A DNA stretch of 64,000 nucleotides from contig NC_087437.1 of NCBI RefSeq assembly GCF_036321535.1, forward strand, positions 50,718,001 through 50,782,000, given 5' to 3'. Each line of letters begins with the position of its first letter. The stretch's first letter is position 1. The position numbers were made by a program, and so were the translations under genes. Source of the stretch: Camelus dromedarius (lineage: Eukaryota). The notes beneath the pieces are model-generated. The model made no database searches and was not told the origin of the DNA. It was given only the letters and a program-made list of their open reading frames with translations. Below, piece by piece: positions 23,229 to 36,050 of this stretch.

Positions 23229-26200
23229 GATAGTGTCTTTGTCTGGTTTTGATATCAGGGTACTGGTGGCTTCGTAGAATAAATTTGGGAGTGTTACCTC
23301 TTCAAATTTTCTGGAATAGTTTGAAAAGGATAGGTATTAGCTTTTTTTTTTTTTTTTTTTTTGGCATGTTTTATATTAACTCTTCTTTATATGTTTAGTA
23401 GAATTCCCCTGTGAAGCCATCCAGTCCTGGACTTTTGTTTGATTTTTTTTTTTTTATCATTATTACAAATTCAATTTCACTGCTAGTGATTGGTCTGTTC
23501 AGACTGTATATTTTTTTCTGATTCAGTCTTGGAAGGTCATATGTTTCGAGAAATTTATGCATTTCTCCTAGGTTGTCCAATTTGTTGGCATATAACTGTT
23601 TGCAGTATTCTCTTATAATTTCTTTGTATCTCTGTGATATTGGTTGTTATTTCTCCTCTTTCATTTTTTATTTTCTGAATTTGGATTATCTCTTTTTTTT
23701 TCTTAATGAGCCTAACTAAAGGCGTATCAATTTTGTTCATGTTGTTTAGTCTCCAGATGTTTGTGTTCTTCCCATTTTTCTTCCTGTAATTGATTTCTAG
23801 TGTCATACCTTTGTAGTCAGAAAACAAAAAATGCTTGATAGAATTTCTATCCTCTTAAATTTGTTGAAACTTGTTTTGTGGCCTGGCATGTGATCTAGTC
23901 TGAAGAACATTCTATATGCACTTGGAAAAAAATGTGCATCCTGCTGATTTTGGATGAGATGTACCATAGATATCTATTAAGTCCAGTGGTCCAGCGTGCC
24001 ATTTAAGAGTATAGTTTCCTTACTGATTTTCTGTGTGGATGTTTTCTCCATTGATATGAATGGGGTGTTAAAAGTCACCTACTAGTATTGTATTATTGTC
24101 AAATTCTCCCTTTACATCTGTTAATATTTGCTTTATATATTAGGTGTTCTCTATATTAGGTGCATATATATTGAGAGTTATATCCTCTCCCTGCATTGAT
24201 CCCTTTATCATTATATAGTACCCTTCTTCATCTTTTGCTATAGACTTTGTTTTAAAGTCTATTTTGTCTCATATGAGTGTTTACCCCTGTTTTCTTGTTT
24301 CTATTTGTATGAAATATCCTTTTCTATCTTCTCACTTTCAGTCTGTGTGTCTAGTTCTGAAGCATGTCTCTTGTAAGCAGCAATGAGCTACCCTATGTCT
24401 TTTGATTGGAGCATTTAGACCATTGATACTTAAAGTGATTATTGATAGCTTTGTATTTATTTCCATTTTGTTACATGTTTTCTGTTTGTTTTGGTAGTTC
24501 TTTTTCTGTTCTTTTCTTCTTCTTTTAGTCTCTTCCTTTATGGCTTGATGATTTTTGTTAGTGGTTTGCATGTGTTACTTCTCTGGTTTTTGTGTCTTTA
24601 TTGTAGGTTTTCAATTTGTAGTTACCAAATGGCATTCATATATGCTAATCTGTAACTATATTAACTTGTTTTAAACTGGTACTTATTTAAGTTCAAACAA
24701 ATTCTAAAAGAGCTGTATTTTTTTACTTCTCTCTCCCATGTTTTGTGTTTTTGATGTCATATTTTACACTTTCATATTTATCCCTTCACAGTTACAGTTG
24801 AATTTATAATGTTTTGTCTTTTAATCTTCATACTAGCTTATTCAAGTGGTTGATCCACAGCCTTTACAATATATATTTGCCTTTACTGGGGGGATTTTTC
24901 CTTTTCTATAGATTCTTACTTTTTAGTTTAGCCTTTTCTTTTCCACTTAGAGATGAATTTTAACATTTCTTTTAGGGTCAGTTTAGTATTGATGAACTCT
25001 TAGTTTTTACTTATATGAGAAGTTCTTTATCTCTCCTTCAATTCTTAATGATAATATTGCCAATAATTGGATACAGTATCCCAAATAGTAGGTTTTTCCC
25101 TTTCAGCATTTTAAATATATCATGCTATTCCCTTTTGGCCTGCAAAGTTTCTGCAGAAAAATCAGCTGATAGCATTATGGAAATTCCCTTATATATGATT
25201 CTTTGTTCTTCTCCTGCTGTCTTTAGATTCTGTATCTTTAACTTTTGCCATTTTAATTATGATATGTATTGATATGGGTATCTTTGGGTTCATCTTCTTT
25301 GGGACTCTCTGTGCTTCCTGTACCTGGATACCTGTTTCCTTCTTCAGGCTCAGAATGTTTTAGCCATTATTTCATCAAATACACTTGATTGATTGATTGA
25401 TTGATTGATTGACTGAAGTATAGTCAGTTACAATTTGTCAATTTTTGGTGTACAACAGAATGTCCCAGTCATGCGTATACATACATATATTCATTTTCAT
25501 ATTCTTTTTCATTAAAAGTTATTACAAGATACTGAATATAGTTCCCTGTGCTATACAGAAGAAAGTTTTTTAAAATCTACTTTTATATATAGTGGCTAAC
25601 ATTTGCAAATCTCAAACTCCCAAATTTATCCCTTCTCACCCCCTTTTCCTGGTAACCATAAGATTGTTTACTATGTCTGTGAGTCTGTTTTTGTTTTGTA
25701 GATGAGTTCATAGTGTCTTTTTTTCTTTTTTAAGATTCCACATATGAGTGATATCATATGGTATTTTTCTTTCTCTTTCTGGCTTACTTCACTTAGAATG
25801 ACGATCCCTAGTTCCATCCATGTTGCTGCAAATGGCATGGCTTTATTCTTTTTTATGGCTGAATAGTATTCCATTGTATAAATATACCACAAGTTCTCAA
25901 ATACACTTTAGATACCTTTCTCCTCCTCTCTTCTCCTTCTGGGTCCAAATAACATAAATGTTGGTATTCTTGATGTTGTGCCAGAGGTCCTTTAAAGTGT
26001 TCTCATATTTTAAAAAATTTGCTCTTGTTTTTGCTGTCCTGATTGAGTAATTTCCATTAATCTATCTTCCAGATCACTTATGCATATTTATATATCATCT
26101 AGTCTGCTGTTAACTCCTTCTAATGTGTTTTTCATTTTGGTTATTGTATTCTTCACCTTTGACTGGTTCTTTTTTATATTTTCTAGTACCTTGTTAAAAT

Positions 26201-27538
26201 TCTCACTGTATTCATCTATTCTTTTCCCTAGTTCAGTTAGCATTCTTATTACTAATGCTTTGAACTTTTTATCTGATAAATTATTTCTTTATCAGTTGTT
26301 TTTCTAGGGGTTTTCTCTTGTTCTTTCATCTGAAACAAATTCCTCTGCCTTCACATTTTTCTTAACTTTCTCTGTCTCTATGAAATTAGGTGAAACAGTA
26401 ACCTATGCCAGGCTTGAAGGGATATCCTTGTGTGGGAGCATCCCTATACAGTCTGTGGGTGCCCAGTGGCTTTGGTGGATGACCCAGATATTAAGTGAGC
26501 ATGGGTTATGTCTTTCCCCAGGGTGGGCTGGCAGCTATCTCCTTGATAGGAGGTGGAGCTGGAGATGGAGGGGCTAGAGCCAGAGCCAGATGTGAACCAG
26601 AGCTTTTCCTCTGCTCAGTGGCCAATACCACCCCCTGTTGGGGGCAGGAGTGGGTCCTAAGTTGCTGGAACAGAAACCCTGAGGGTTGGGTCCAAACTGG
26701 CTCTATTCCCTCTAAGTGTGTGCTTTCCCCTTTCCTAGTATTGGAACCTTTGCCCCTGAGGAGAGCAGCACTGCAGCAAGAGAGACTGGAGAAGGTGCCT
26801 GGCATGGGGGAGTATGGGCTGTGGCAGTTCCAGTACCAGTCATAGTTCCAGACAGCACCCAATCTGCTGTCTCTGTGAATACCAATAATGGCCACCCCTG
26901 TCCGATTCAGATGCTGTGCTGAGTCCAAACCAGCTTAGTCCCCAACAACTGTGTATTCCCCTCAGCCACAGCAGCTCTCACCCTGGTGTGGAGCTGAACC
27001 ACAGAGGAAATGGGGCCAGAGCAAGTGCTTGGCTTGGAATGAGGTGCATGCTTGGGCAGTTGTGGGAAACAAGCCAGAGCCCTGGTAAGTTTCAACCTGC
27101 TTCTTCTGCCTTGTTTCAGAAGTAAGCAAGCATGTGTCCACTCTTCACTAGCAGAGTCTAGGTTTCTTACAGCCCCACTGCCAGCCCACTAGTTTTCAAA
27201 CCAGCTAAGGGAGGCATCCTTCCTGTGTCAGACCCCAGGACTGAGATTCCCTATATGTGGTTCAAACAGCTCACTCCCTAGAGAGGTTCTCTGAGCCTGT
27301 GTAATCCCTCTCCTCTGCTGTGTCCCCTCCTAGAGGTGCGGCCTGAACCTGATCACTTCTCTTTCCTTCCTGCCCAACTCCATGTGGATCTTTCTTACAG
27401 CTTTGGTCACAGAAGAGTCTTTCTGCCAATCTCCAATTTGTTTTTTAGTGAGAATTGCTCTACATGTGGATATATTTTTGATGTGTTTGTGTGGGGAGGT
27501 GAGCTTGGCATCCTCCTATTCCAATATTTTGATCTCCT
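22105..27538 (-). mobile_element. Old L1, ~5 kb, retaining 5' UTR, ORF1 and 5' ORF2 remnants, 3'-truncated and internally deleted
   Basis: Minus-strand peptides [45 protein letters not shown] and SIITLSINGLNAPIKRHRVA are L1 ORF2 motifs; GC-richer 5' UTR-like region at ~26400-27538. Confidence 0.88.
25387..25896 (-). mobile_element. Nested 5'-truncated L1 3' end with (AATC)n tail and 12-bp TSD
   Basis: [16 protein letters not shown]...SEVSQKEKEKYHMISLICGI (ORF2 end); TSD TCAAATACACTT at 25375-25386 and 25897-25908. Confidence 0.9.
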
Positions 27539-27780
27539 GTTCTATAATTATTTTGTATATTTCCTGGTCCAGTCCTAGAATCAGCCATTGCTCTAAGGAG
27601 CCCAGTTTTCTTTTACTGGAGAATAGTTTTAGAAACCAAGATCTCGGTGGTAGGTGTGCTCATAGATAATGGGGGTCTCATTGCTTCCGGGCCCTCTCAA
27701 CTACCCAAGGAAGGAGATACATAGGTTTAAACCAACTAGTGTATATGCATATAAGTAGGATTATTTTTATATGTATAGAT
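27539..27780 (-). mobile_element. L1MC/MD-type 3' fragment
   Basis: CCAGTCCTAGAATCAGCCATTGCTCTAAGGAGCCC...AGAAACCAAGATCT...TAGGTGTGCTCAT resembles the recalled L1MC 3' region. Confidence 0.6.
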
Positions 27781-28655
27781 TATTTGTTTTGATAATCAAG
27801 TCATTACTCCTCAGTGAACAAAGCCCTCTGACACAACAAGATATTTAAATATTATAACCTAGAATTTTACTCTAAACCAAAAGAAGAAACGATGGGCTTT
27901 GGGGATTTTTTTTTTTTTTTTGGTCCATTTTGGATTAAATTTTTTTTTCTTCTGTTCTTCTCTTCCCTCCATGTTTCTGCCTGTTTCCCAGAGGTGACTG
28001 GTTAAATTTTATTCATTTCCTAGTGGGTGGTATGGTCATGAAGTTTGCTGACATTGGTCAGAATGGCAGCTGTGGCTACAAGTCTCCCTGGTTGACCTGA
28101 TACACTTATTTGAGAAGCTAATGGTCGTGGAGCTGAGTGGGATTGTTCTGCCTTAGGAATATGAACTGGGGCTACTGATTCTGGTTCTACAATGTAGTAC
28201 TGACACTAGGTGAGCCTTCTCTTTGGGAAGTAAAGGGTCTTTGTATTGGGGGAAGGTAAACTGCCTAACCACCCCCCACCCCGCAACAAACACACACACC
28301 ACCTCAAGATCACACCTTACCACCAAAACTCACTGGGAGGAGTTAGGGAAAGAACATTACTTTTAAGGTACAACCCCATACCAAGCTGCCTCCATGGCAC
28401 TCAGCCCACTCTGCCTCCTGTCTACCCACTTGTTCAACAAACATGGATTGGCAACCAGGCACAGGCTAGGCACAGGGACACAGAGATGGATGAGGCTGTT
28501 GACTCACTGCAGCTCCCAGTGTAATAAACAAGACAGATATTAAAAATAAGTAACTAGAATACAGTGGGTTATGTATCATTTTAGAGCAAGATTCTTAGCC
28601 TGAATCCCTGGATGGACTTCGAGGTGTCACCTAAAATTAATTACAAAAAGTTATA

Positions 28656-29082
28656 TGTGCTGGGTATTCTGTTTGATCCCCCATTACATCTTCCACATAT
28701 TGCTCTGTGTCCCAGGAAGCTGACCTCTACGACTCCATCAGATGGGCTCACTAGATGCCCATGGTCTTTAGTTGGATTTGGCCAATGGGACACACTACCA
28801 GGAAATCTGAGAGGGGGAGGGAGAAAAGTAGGGGTATATATTTCTTCCCCAGTGACTGCATTCCTCTGCTCAAGGCCACAGCTCTTACAGTCATAGCTGT
28901 AATGCTTCCTGGGTTCCCCTTTGTCTTTCAGGTTTAGGGATGGTAACTGCTCCCTGCTTCTTGCTAGCCCAGGGTCCTTCACTATCCATGTCGGGTTCCC
29001 TAAGTTCTACCCATCTCTTTGTACACAGTGCCTACACCAAACTCTATTCAATCATTTTGAGTGTGTAGAACCCTGAAAATAC
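28656..29082 (+). mobile_element. ERVL solo LTR (LTR33-like)
   Basis: TGT...ACA ends; TGCTCTGTGTCCCAGGAAGCTGACCT and TTTGGCCAATGGGA motifs as in recalled LTR33. Confidence 0.65.
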
Positions 29083-29199
29083 ATGAACCAGATGCTCAAA
29101 AGACATAAAAAAGCCCCTCTAGCAGAAGTAAATACAAGGTCATGTGGATCTGAGAGGAAGGTTTGCTGTCTGTAACTGCTGGCTTAACAGAAGAGTGTT

Positions 29200-29777
29200 C
29201 CTCTCAAAATGCGAATCTAATCAAGTTATGCCCCTGCTTAAACCCTTCAGTGGCTCTTAGAATAAAGACCAAACTCATTCATATGGCCCACAAAGCCCCA
29301 TCTCATCTGCCCCTCTCTAAACTCTCCCCAGACACTCTTTCCTTGTTCTCTGTACTCCAGCCACCCTGACTTTTGGGTTCTGCACTTGTGCCAGTCTCCT
29401 GTAGACCTGCAGCATTGTACATGCTGTTCCTTTTCTCCAGAAAGGCTCTCCCATCTTCTCTACTCATTTTCCAGGCCTTGGCTCAAGTGGCGCTTCCCAG
29501 GGGACCTCCCTGACTCCCCAGTCCAGGTCAAGTTCCCCTGTCACATGCCCAATAGGACCCTGAATCCATCCTCCAGAGTACCTATCTCAGCTTGCAACAC
29601 ATATTTGTGTTTTGTGTTTGATGTTTACTAATGTCAGTCTCTCCCATACATAAACTGTAAGTTCCATGAAGGATGAAACTACATCTATTTTTGCTCATAA
29701 TTGTGTCCTCAGCATTCAGCACAGTGCCTGATACATCAAAGATGCTCGTAGGTACTCGTAGAGAAATGAATGACTGA
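29200..29777 (+). mobile_element. L2 3' fragment
   Basis: Ends in CTGTAAGTTCCATGAAGG...AGCACAGTGCCTGATACA...AATGAATGA, the typical L2 3' terminus. Confidence 0.75.
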
Positions 29778-29965
29778 AGGTGGTATTTGAGTCAGACCGT
29801 GAAGGGTCAGTTTACTAGGAGGCACAAACCAGGAGTCTAAGAGGCCACCTGAGGATTCAAGAACTGGTTAACCTGCTCAGCACATCCTACATGGACTTTC
29901 TCAGGCAACAGGTCTCCCTACATGCCTTTCCCAACCACATGATCAAAATAACCCAGAAACATTAC

Positions 29966-30157
29966 CTTCAAATCAAGGGTGAGGATCAGCTCAAACTGGC
30001 TGTAAAACTCCTTGGGGCTGGGTAACTGGTACTCTTTTGCTGTGTCCAGGAATGTCTCAATGTCGTTCAAGGCAATGTCAACTCCTTCTCGGGACTGGCA
30101 CTTGTCTACAGCTTGAGAAGCCAAGAGGTAGATTCCCGCATCACACCACTGGCTGAC
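29966..30157 (-). CDS. MCF2L2: MCF2L2 coding exon 12 (192 nt)
   Basis: cccaaag|GTC AGC...TTG AAG|gtaatg; VSQWCDAGIYLLASQAVDKCQSREGVDIALNDIETFLDTAKEYQLPSPKEFYSQFELILTLDLK. Confidence 0.95.
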
Positions 30158-31313
30158 CTTTGGGAAGGAAACATAGTACCCTGTGCAGTTAGCCTGCCCA
30201 CAACTCAGCCACTACAATCCTCAAGAGGTCTGAGCTCATATAGGGTCTACGAGGATTCTGAGAAAATGGGAAATTGTCATGTGATAGTATCAAGTTTAGA
30301 GGTCCAACCACTGTAAATACAACCATAAGCTACACAAGCCCAAACCAATTTTACATCTGTACACTTCTTAGGGAAGCCACCCATTCAAAAAATGGAATCG
30401 TATGAGCATTCTTTTTTTTTTTTTTCCCCACTGACAGTAATTGCCACATGTTCAAAGGAAAGAGTTGTGTATTTCTACCTTTGGTCTAATCTTAGACAAA
30501 TGAAACTGATGGCTTTTTGGGTTTACCTTTTAGACCGCTTGTCTTGTATCCTAATTGGTTACAAAAGCACAGGGTGCATAATAAGGCTTTAGACCTGGCT
30601 CCTATGTGGGGTCTTCCTGGGAGAGGGAATGTCTCTTAACAAACACACCACTTTCCTCTGTCCATATTTGCATTATTTAGCATTTGTCTTTTCAAGGGAA
30701 GCATCTAAGAATGCAAAGCTTTGTAACTCAGAACAGCAATACCCAAATTTTCCAGAACATTGGAATGAAAACAGATAGGTGATGAATTCTAACAATTCAA
30801 TTTTTTAAAAACTTAAACAGAAAGACAAGGGTCCTTGTGCTCTCTGAATATTTACATGAAAAGAAGCTGCCAGTGCAAGTACATCTGCATTGCCATTTAC
30901 GCAATTTACCTGAGAGCTCTGTAAAAGAACTATGAGGAGAAAAAAGCAAAAGGGAGCTCTCCAAAGGTGTTATGTCTAAGTAGGAAAATTACAGGCAACT
31001 TAAATTTGCCTGTAATTTTCCCCTAAATTACCTACACTGGATGTGTACTACTTTTAGAATAACAGAAAATAATAAAGATATTTAAAAACTTATGATTCCT
31101 ATTGTGTAGGGCTGAGGAGGGGGGTAGTATGCAGGTAGGTATCCATGAGTAACTTTTTTCCTCCTCCTTCCTATGTTTTTGAAAATCCAAAAACAGATGA
31201 AATTATGCTTTGATATATACTGTGAAAATGTGCTCTTTAAACATCAAGCCTAGATCTGCAGAAAACACTAAGCTGGAGTCTTCTGTAGGGTCACAGCAGC
31301 TACTTGCTCTCCG

Positions 31314-31374
31314 ACACACACATATACACAGACACAGACACACACAGATACACGGACAAACACACACACACGTG

Positions 31375-31405
<31 letters not shown>
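31314..31405 (+). repeat. Compound (CA)n microsatellite with internal (CG)n
   Basis: Read directly: interrupted CA repeats, CGTGCGCGCG, then about 12 perfect CA units. Confidence 0.95.
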
Positions 31406-32434
31406 CAGCTTTAAGCTATTATCTCTGGAGCAGAAATTGAATAAGGAAAACAGCAGCCAATCCTGCAGAGAGCTCAGCACACAGAGCAAGCTGTGCACCA
31501 GGCCCTTCTGAGCCACTTGCTTCTGGAACAGGTATATTTCATTGACACTAAAATCCCTTTGGCAATGGGATGATGTAAACAGCCTGGGTGGGTGCCTGCG
31601 CCATCAGAGAGAAACAACTGTGGTTATGGAGTGTGCTGACTCATGGCAGTGAGCTCTGTGTTGCCTGGGAACAGCTGACAGGGATGACTCCAGAAGTCAC
31701 GGGCCTGCTGACCAGGCCCTGGCCTCAGAAATCACTGCTGAAGGGCACCAGGGTCCGCGCCCCCTTCCTGTGAGGGCTCTGCATACAGCCTTGCTGTCTA
31801 GTCTAAGGGGCCCGGTGGCTGGAATTTGGCAGTCCTGACTTCAAGTCTGCGATCCCCTATTTACCCTACATGTGGTCTTGGGCAATATCTTATCCCAGGG
31901 TTTCTCAGTGTTGTCCACGTACCACCTACACCAAATCACCTGGGCAATGATGAAATTACTGATTTCTGGGTATCATCCAAACTTAGCGAATCAGTCTCCA
32001 GAGTGGTACATCAGGAAATCTGCAATTATAGCAAGCTCACCTCATGTACCAAATGTTGGGACCCATTGACTTAACCATGCTGAATATCAGTTTCTGTCTC
32101 TGTAAGATGAGGCCATTAAGATCTTTCTAATTAAGATCTTTCTCAAGAAATGTCCCGCAGGGCCAGGCCAAAACACACTCTGTAAGTCTGAGTCCACACA
32201 GAGAAAATGAACTTTAGTTCATTCTAATGAGATGTGGTGGGATGGCTGGGGCATTTTGACCTTCAATACTTTCATGACCTAGAATCTGCACAGTTTTTAA
32301 TGCCTCTTGAGAATTGTTTCACATGAAAGACTTCATCCTCTCAGCAATCATGTGAGGCAGGGTGGACAAGTACAATTAAGACCATTTTTCAGAAAATTTT
32401 ACACACATCATGGTCACGGCTTTGTTTTGCTCAC

Positions 32435-32626
32435 CTTGTCCAGCTGTCTATGTAATTCCAAGGACTTTTCTAAAATCTCATGTTTTTTCTTGTTTTCATT
32501 GATGAAGTCATCACAGAGGTGCCTGAGCTCTGTGCACCTGGGTCTGATGGAGTCCATTGCATAGTGGTGGCTTTGGATGAGCTGGTCCCCAATTACTGCA
32601 AGCAGCTGGGCCTTTTCCAAAGGCTC
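32435..32626 (-). CDS. MCF2L2: MCF2L2 coding exon 11 (192 nt), spectrin-repeat region
   Basis: tcacag|GAG CCT...GAC AAG|gtgagc; EPLEKAQLLAVIGDQLIQSHHYAMDSIRPRCTELRHLCDDFINENKKKHEILEKSLELHRQLDK. Confidence 0.95.
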
Positions 32627-33312
32627 CTGTGAAGTGAACATTCACAGTCAAGCATCAGAAGCCAGGTCACGGAGAGGCTGGTATTCCCCTGGCACTGTGT
32701 GCTCCAAACCTGGAGGGAGGCTAGAGAGATGCTTGTCAGGTCTTAGGCCAAGAGCCTGGGGCGGGGAACCTGGGAAAGTGCTGGGGTGGTTCAAGGTCCC
32801 CAGGAAGTCTCACCTAGTTCAGGGTCATCTGCAATTTGAAGGAGAGAGAGTCAATCTATCAAATATTTGTTGAGTTCTGGGCTAGGCTTTGAGGGTATAG
32901 TGTTAACGAGCCAAGAATTTTCAATCCAATGGAGAACTCACATATTAAATAAATTATACAAGTAATTAGATTATTACAAATGTGGTAAGTTCTAGGGCAG
33001 AAGAGCATGAAGTGTTATATTGCACAGAACTGGAGACTCTGAATTCTCTTGTCAACTAAACGGAAAAAGAAAAGGGACAGACACATGGCCTGGAGGAAGG
33101 TGGGGAGTGAGCTGAGATTGCAAAAATGGTAAAGATCTTTTGTGGGCAACCCTATGGGGGATCATGAGAAATATGTTTTTCTATAGCCTTTCCTGTAACC
33201 CACAAGGTCCCTGTTCGCTCTGACCACATCTGTTCAGCAACCGCATCCCCTACCTCTTTCTGCATGGCTCACTTTGTCCTAATCACATGTACTGTGTTTT
33301 TTTCTGTTTTTA

Positions 33313-33575
33313 ATTCATTCACTATGTATTATTGAGGACCTACCATGTGCCAAGCTCTGTCCAGGTGCTGGGGGTTTGGTGGTAAACATAGCAGGCAAAA
33401 ATCCCTGCCCTCATGAACCTTATATTTTAGTAGGAGACACAGACAATAACAAATATGTAGATAATATAATATCTTAGATAGTGATGAGTGCTATGGAGAA
33501 AATCAAACAGGGAGGGGAGTAGTTGCTATTGTAAATAGGATGGTGAGGGAAAGGCTCACTGAAAAGGCGCTAGCC
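33313..33575 (-). mobile_element. L2 3' fragment
   Basis: ATTCATTC...TATTGAGGACCTACCATGTGCCAAG...CCCTGCCCTCATGAAC is the reverse complement of the L2 3' end. Confidence 0.75.
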
Positions 33576-33579
33576 GAGC

Positions 33580-33722
33580 TGCGCAGAAGAGTTAACACAG
33601 CAGCCTGAGACTGCTGTCCTTAGAAAGGCCTGCTTGCAAGGCTGGCCCGTGACCAGCCTCTGGACTGTCAGGAGGGTTCCTACCCCACCTATCCCTAATC
33701 AGAATGGCTCACCATGCCTAAA
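33580..33722 (+). mobile_element. MER68-like LTR 5' fragment
   Basis: TGCGCAGAAGAGTTAACACAGCAGCCTGAGACTGCTGTCCTTAGAAAGGCCTGCTTGCAAGG matches the recalled MER68 start. Confidence 0.7.
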
Positions 33723-35819
33723 TGGTTCTTTTCTTTAATGTATGATTCCTCCTTCTTCCACCCACTCCCACCAATATTTAAACTCCATGAGAACACTTAG
33801 TAGGCATCCCATAAATATTTGGTCAATAAAATAAAGGAATGAATGAACCAGTGAACTAGGGGAGGCTGCTTGGTTGGAATTGTGTGAACAACACTGACCT
33901 GAATCAACCAAGTCCCCAAAGGCCTCCAGAACGGAAAGCCCACACACACCCTCGCTGACCACACTGAGCATCCAGGACGCTACATTTGTCCTGGTTTAGC
34001 TTTTTGTAGTAACACAGAAAGTCATGAGGATTCTGGGTGATGACAGCGTGCCCCTCTCTTAGTTTATAGTGGTTTATGGTTTCAACAATTTCAAAACCCC
34101 TGTGCCCTACCCAGCTAGTCATTCACCAAGCCCCACAGAGCACACCTCTTTCTTAATACCTTTTGAACTCTGTGCCCTTCCCTCCCACCTCCTTGTCACT
34201 GTGTGTTCAGACCTTGGTGCTTTCTGACTGTGACAGTCACCTCTTTGATTTCCTTCAGGCTCTCTTTCCAATCACGCGCCACACTGCTGACACAGCAGCA
34301 TCTCCATCACAACGTCTTATCGTGTCTACATCACTCCCGGGTCTCATACCCTCTCCTGGCTCCCTGTCATCTTCAGGAGAAAGTTCGAACTCCTGAGCAA
34401 TGCACGGGAGGCCTTTCATTATCTAGGTCATACCTGTGCCTCCTCCTCCTTCACTTCTGTCACCCTCGTCCTCCACTGTAACCGGACTAATGACTCATTC
34501 CTCAAATATTCAGGCAGCTTCTGGCCTCCATGCCTTCTCTAATTGCTTTCTCTGTGTAGAAAGCCCCACCCTTCCCTCATAGCCCCTGCTTCCTCATCCT
34601 TCACCCCTGATGCACCCACACATCTCCAGAGCTAACTCCAAATCACACTTCAGAGTTCATCTTCTCCAGGAAATTTCCTCTGACTCCCCCACTTTATTCT
34701 GATGACCCTTCTCTGTGCTCCCACAGCAGTCTATGCCTTTCCTGATCAGAGCATGAACTTGACTGTGCTGCGGTCAGTTATCTATTGCCCACACTACACC
34801 ACAGACTCTTGTGGGCATGCGCCAGCTTGTATTCAACTTTAACAGTATACAGCACATATTTGGTACTTAAGAATAAATGACTGTTGTGCGAAACTAAAAA
34901 AGGAATAATGATATGGGAGCAAAGTGGCACGAATCAAGCAGCGGCTATTTAAAATAACTCAGGAATAAGTATCCAGTGCACTTGTTCTAAACAGCAAAGG
35001 CCCAGACTCACAGGTCACCATTGCCCAAAGGAGGTTACAATGCTAATTCCTTGGAATTAGGAGATCAATAAATATTTGCAGAATGAATAAAGGACGGGTG
35101 AGACACTCTTGCTAGAACTGCTCAGCCACTGCGGTTGAACTGAGGAAGCGTTCTGCAGCCCAGAATCTACCTCACTACCTCTGTGATATTAACAAAGCAG
35201 CTAACATTCACCGAGAACTGAGAGCTGATTATATGCCAGGCACTCTTCTGAACGCTTACACTGGTTATTCCTTTCACCCTTTACAACCCTTTAATGCAGG
35301 CGCTGTTTTACAAAAGAGGAGTGGAGACACGATGGCCCAAGGTGACCTGGGCAGGAAAGAGAAGAGCCAGGCTTCAAGCTCAAGCAGTCTGGCTCCAGAA
35401 TGTGGCCCCAACCAACACACACACAGAAAAAAACGGCTGCGTTGTCCTGCCTGAGCTTAGAGACCTCATTTGGTTGACTGAACCTGTCTGACTTTAGTCA
35501 AATATAGAAGCATGAAAACTTGGCCAGGAAGTCTCTGTTGACTCTTTTTTTTTTTTTTTTAAAGTCCAGCTGCCTAATTTATTAAGAATAGCACAAGTCT
35601 TCTGGGCCAAGGGAACTTCACCAAGGCTGTTCTTCAGGTGGCGGTCACAGACTGTCCTGCATTTGGCAAGCGGCATATCGCCCTTTAGAACTGTTCTTAA
35701 AATGCGTGAGATGTTGGAGGAAAGATGTGAGTAATATGTCTGAATGGATTATGGAAAGAGATCCATAAATAACATGGGAGCCACCACTGGCTGGAAGACT
35801 GCTCTACTGAAATGAATGG

Positions 35820-36050
35820 ATAATAATAGCTTCCAAGCGCTGACCACCTGCTACGTTCCAGGCGCTCACAGAGCCCTTACTACACATCTAACTGATTTCA
35901 TCTTCCCAGGGACTCTGTGAGGTAGGAATTATTAGCAACTATTTTACAGATGAGGGGATGTCTAAGAAACTTGACTAGGATCACACAGCTGGTAGTTGTT
36001 AGAGCTGAAATTTGAATTCGGTTCTGCCTGACACCAAAGCCTGTGTCTTG
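35820..36050 (-). mobile_element. MIR SINE
   Basis: TAATAATAGC...CTGTGAGGTAGG...ATTTTACAGATGAGG...GATCACACAGCTGGTA...ATTTGAA. Confidence 0.75.

Noticed and set aside
26380..27669. Cluster of overlapping ORFs on both strands
   Set aside because: They lie in the GC-richer 5' UTR region of the old L1 and show no protein similarity.
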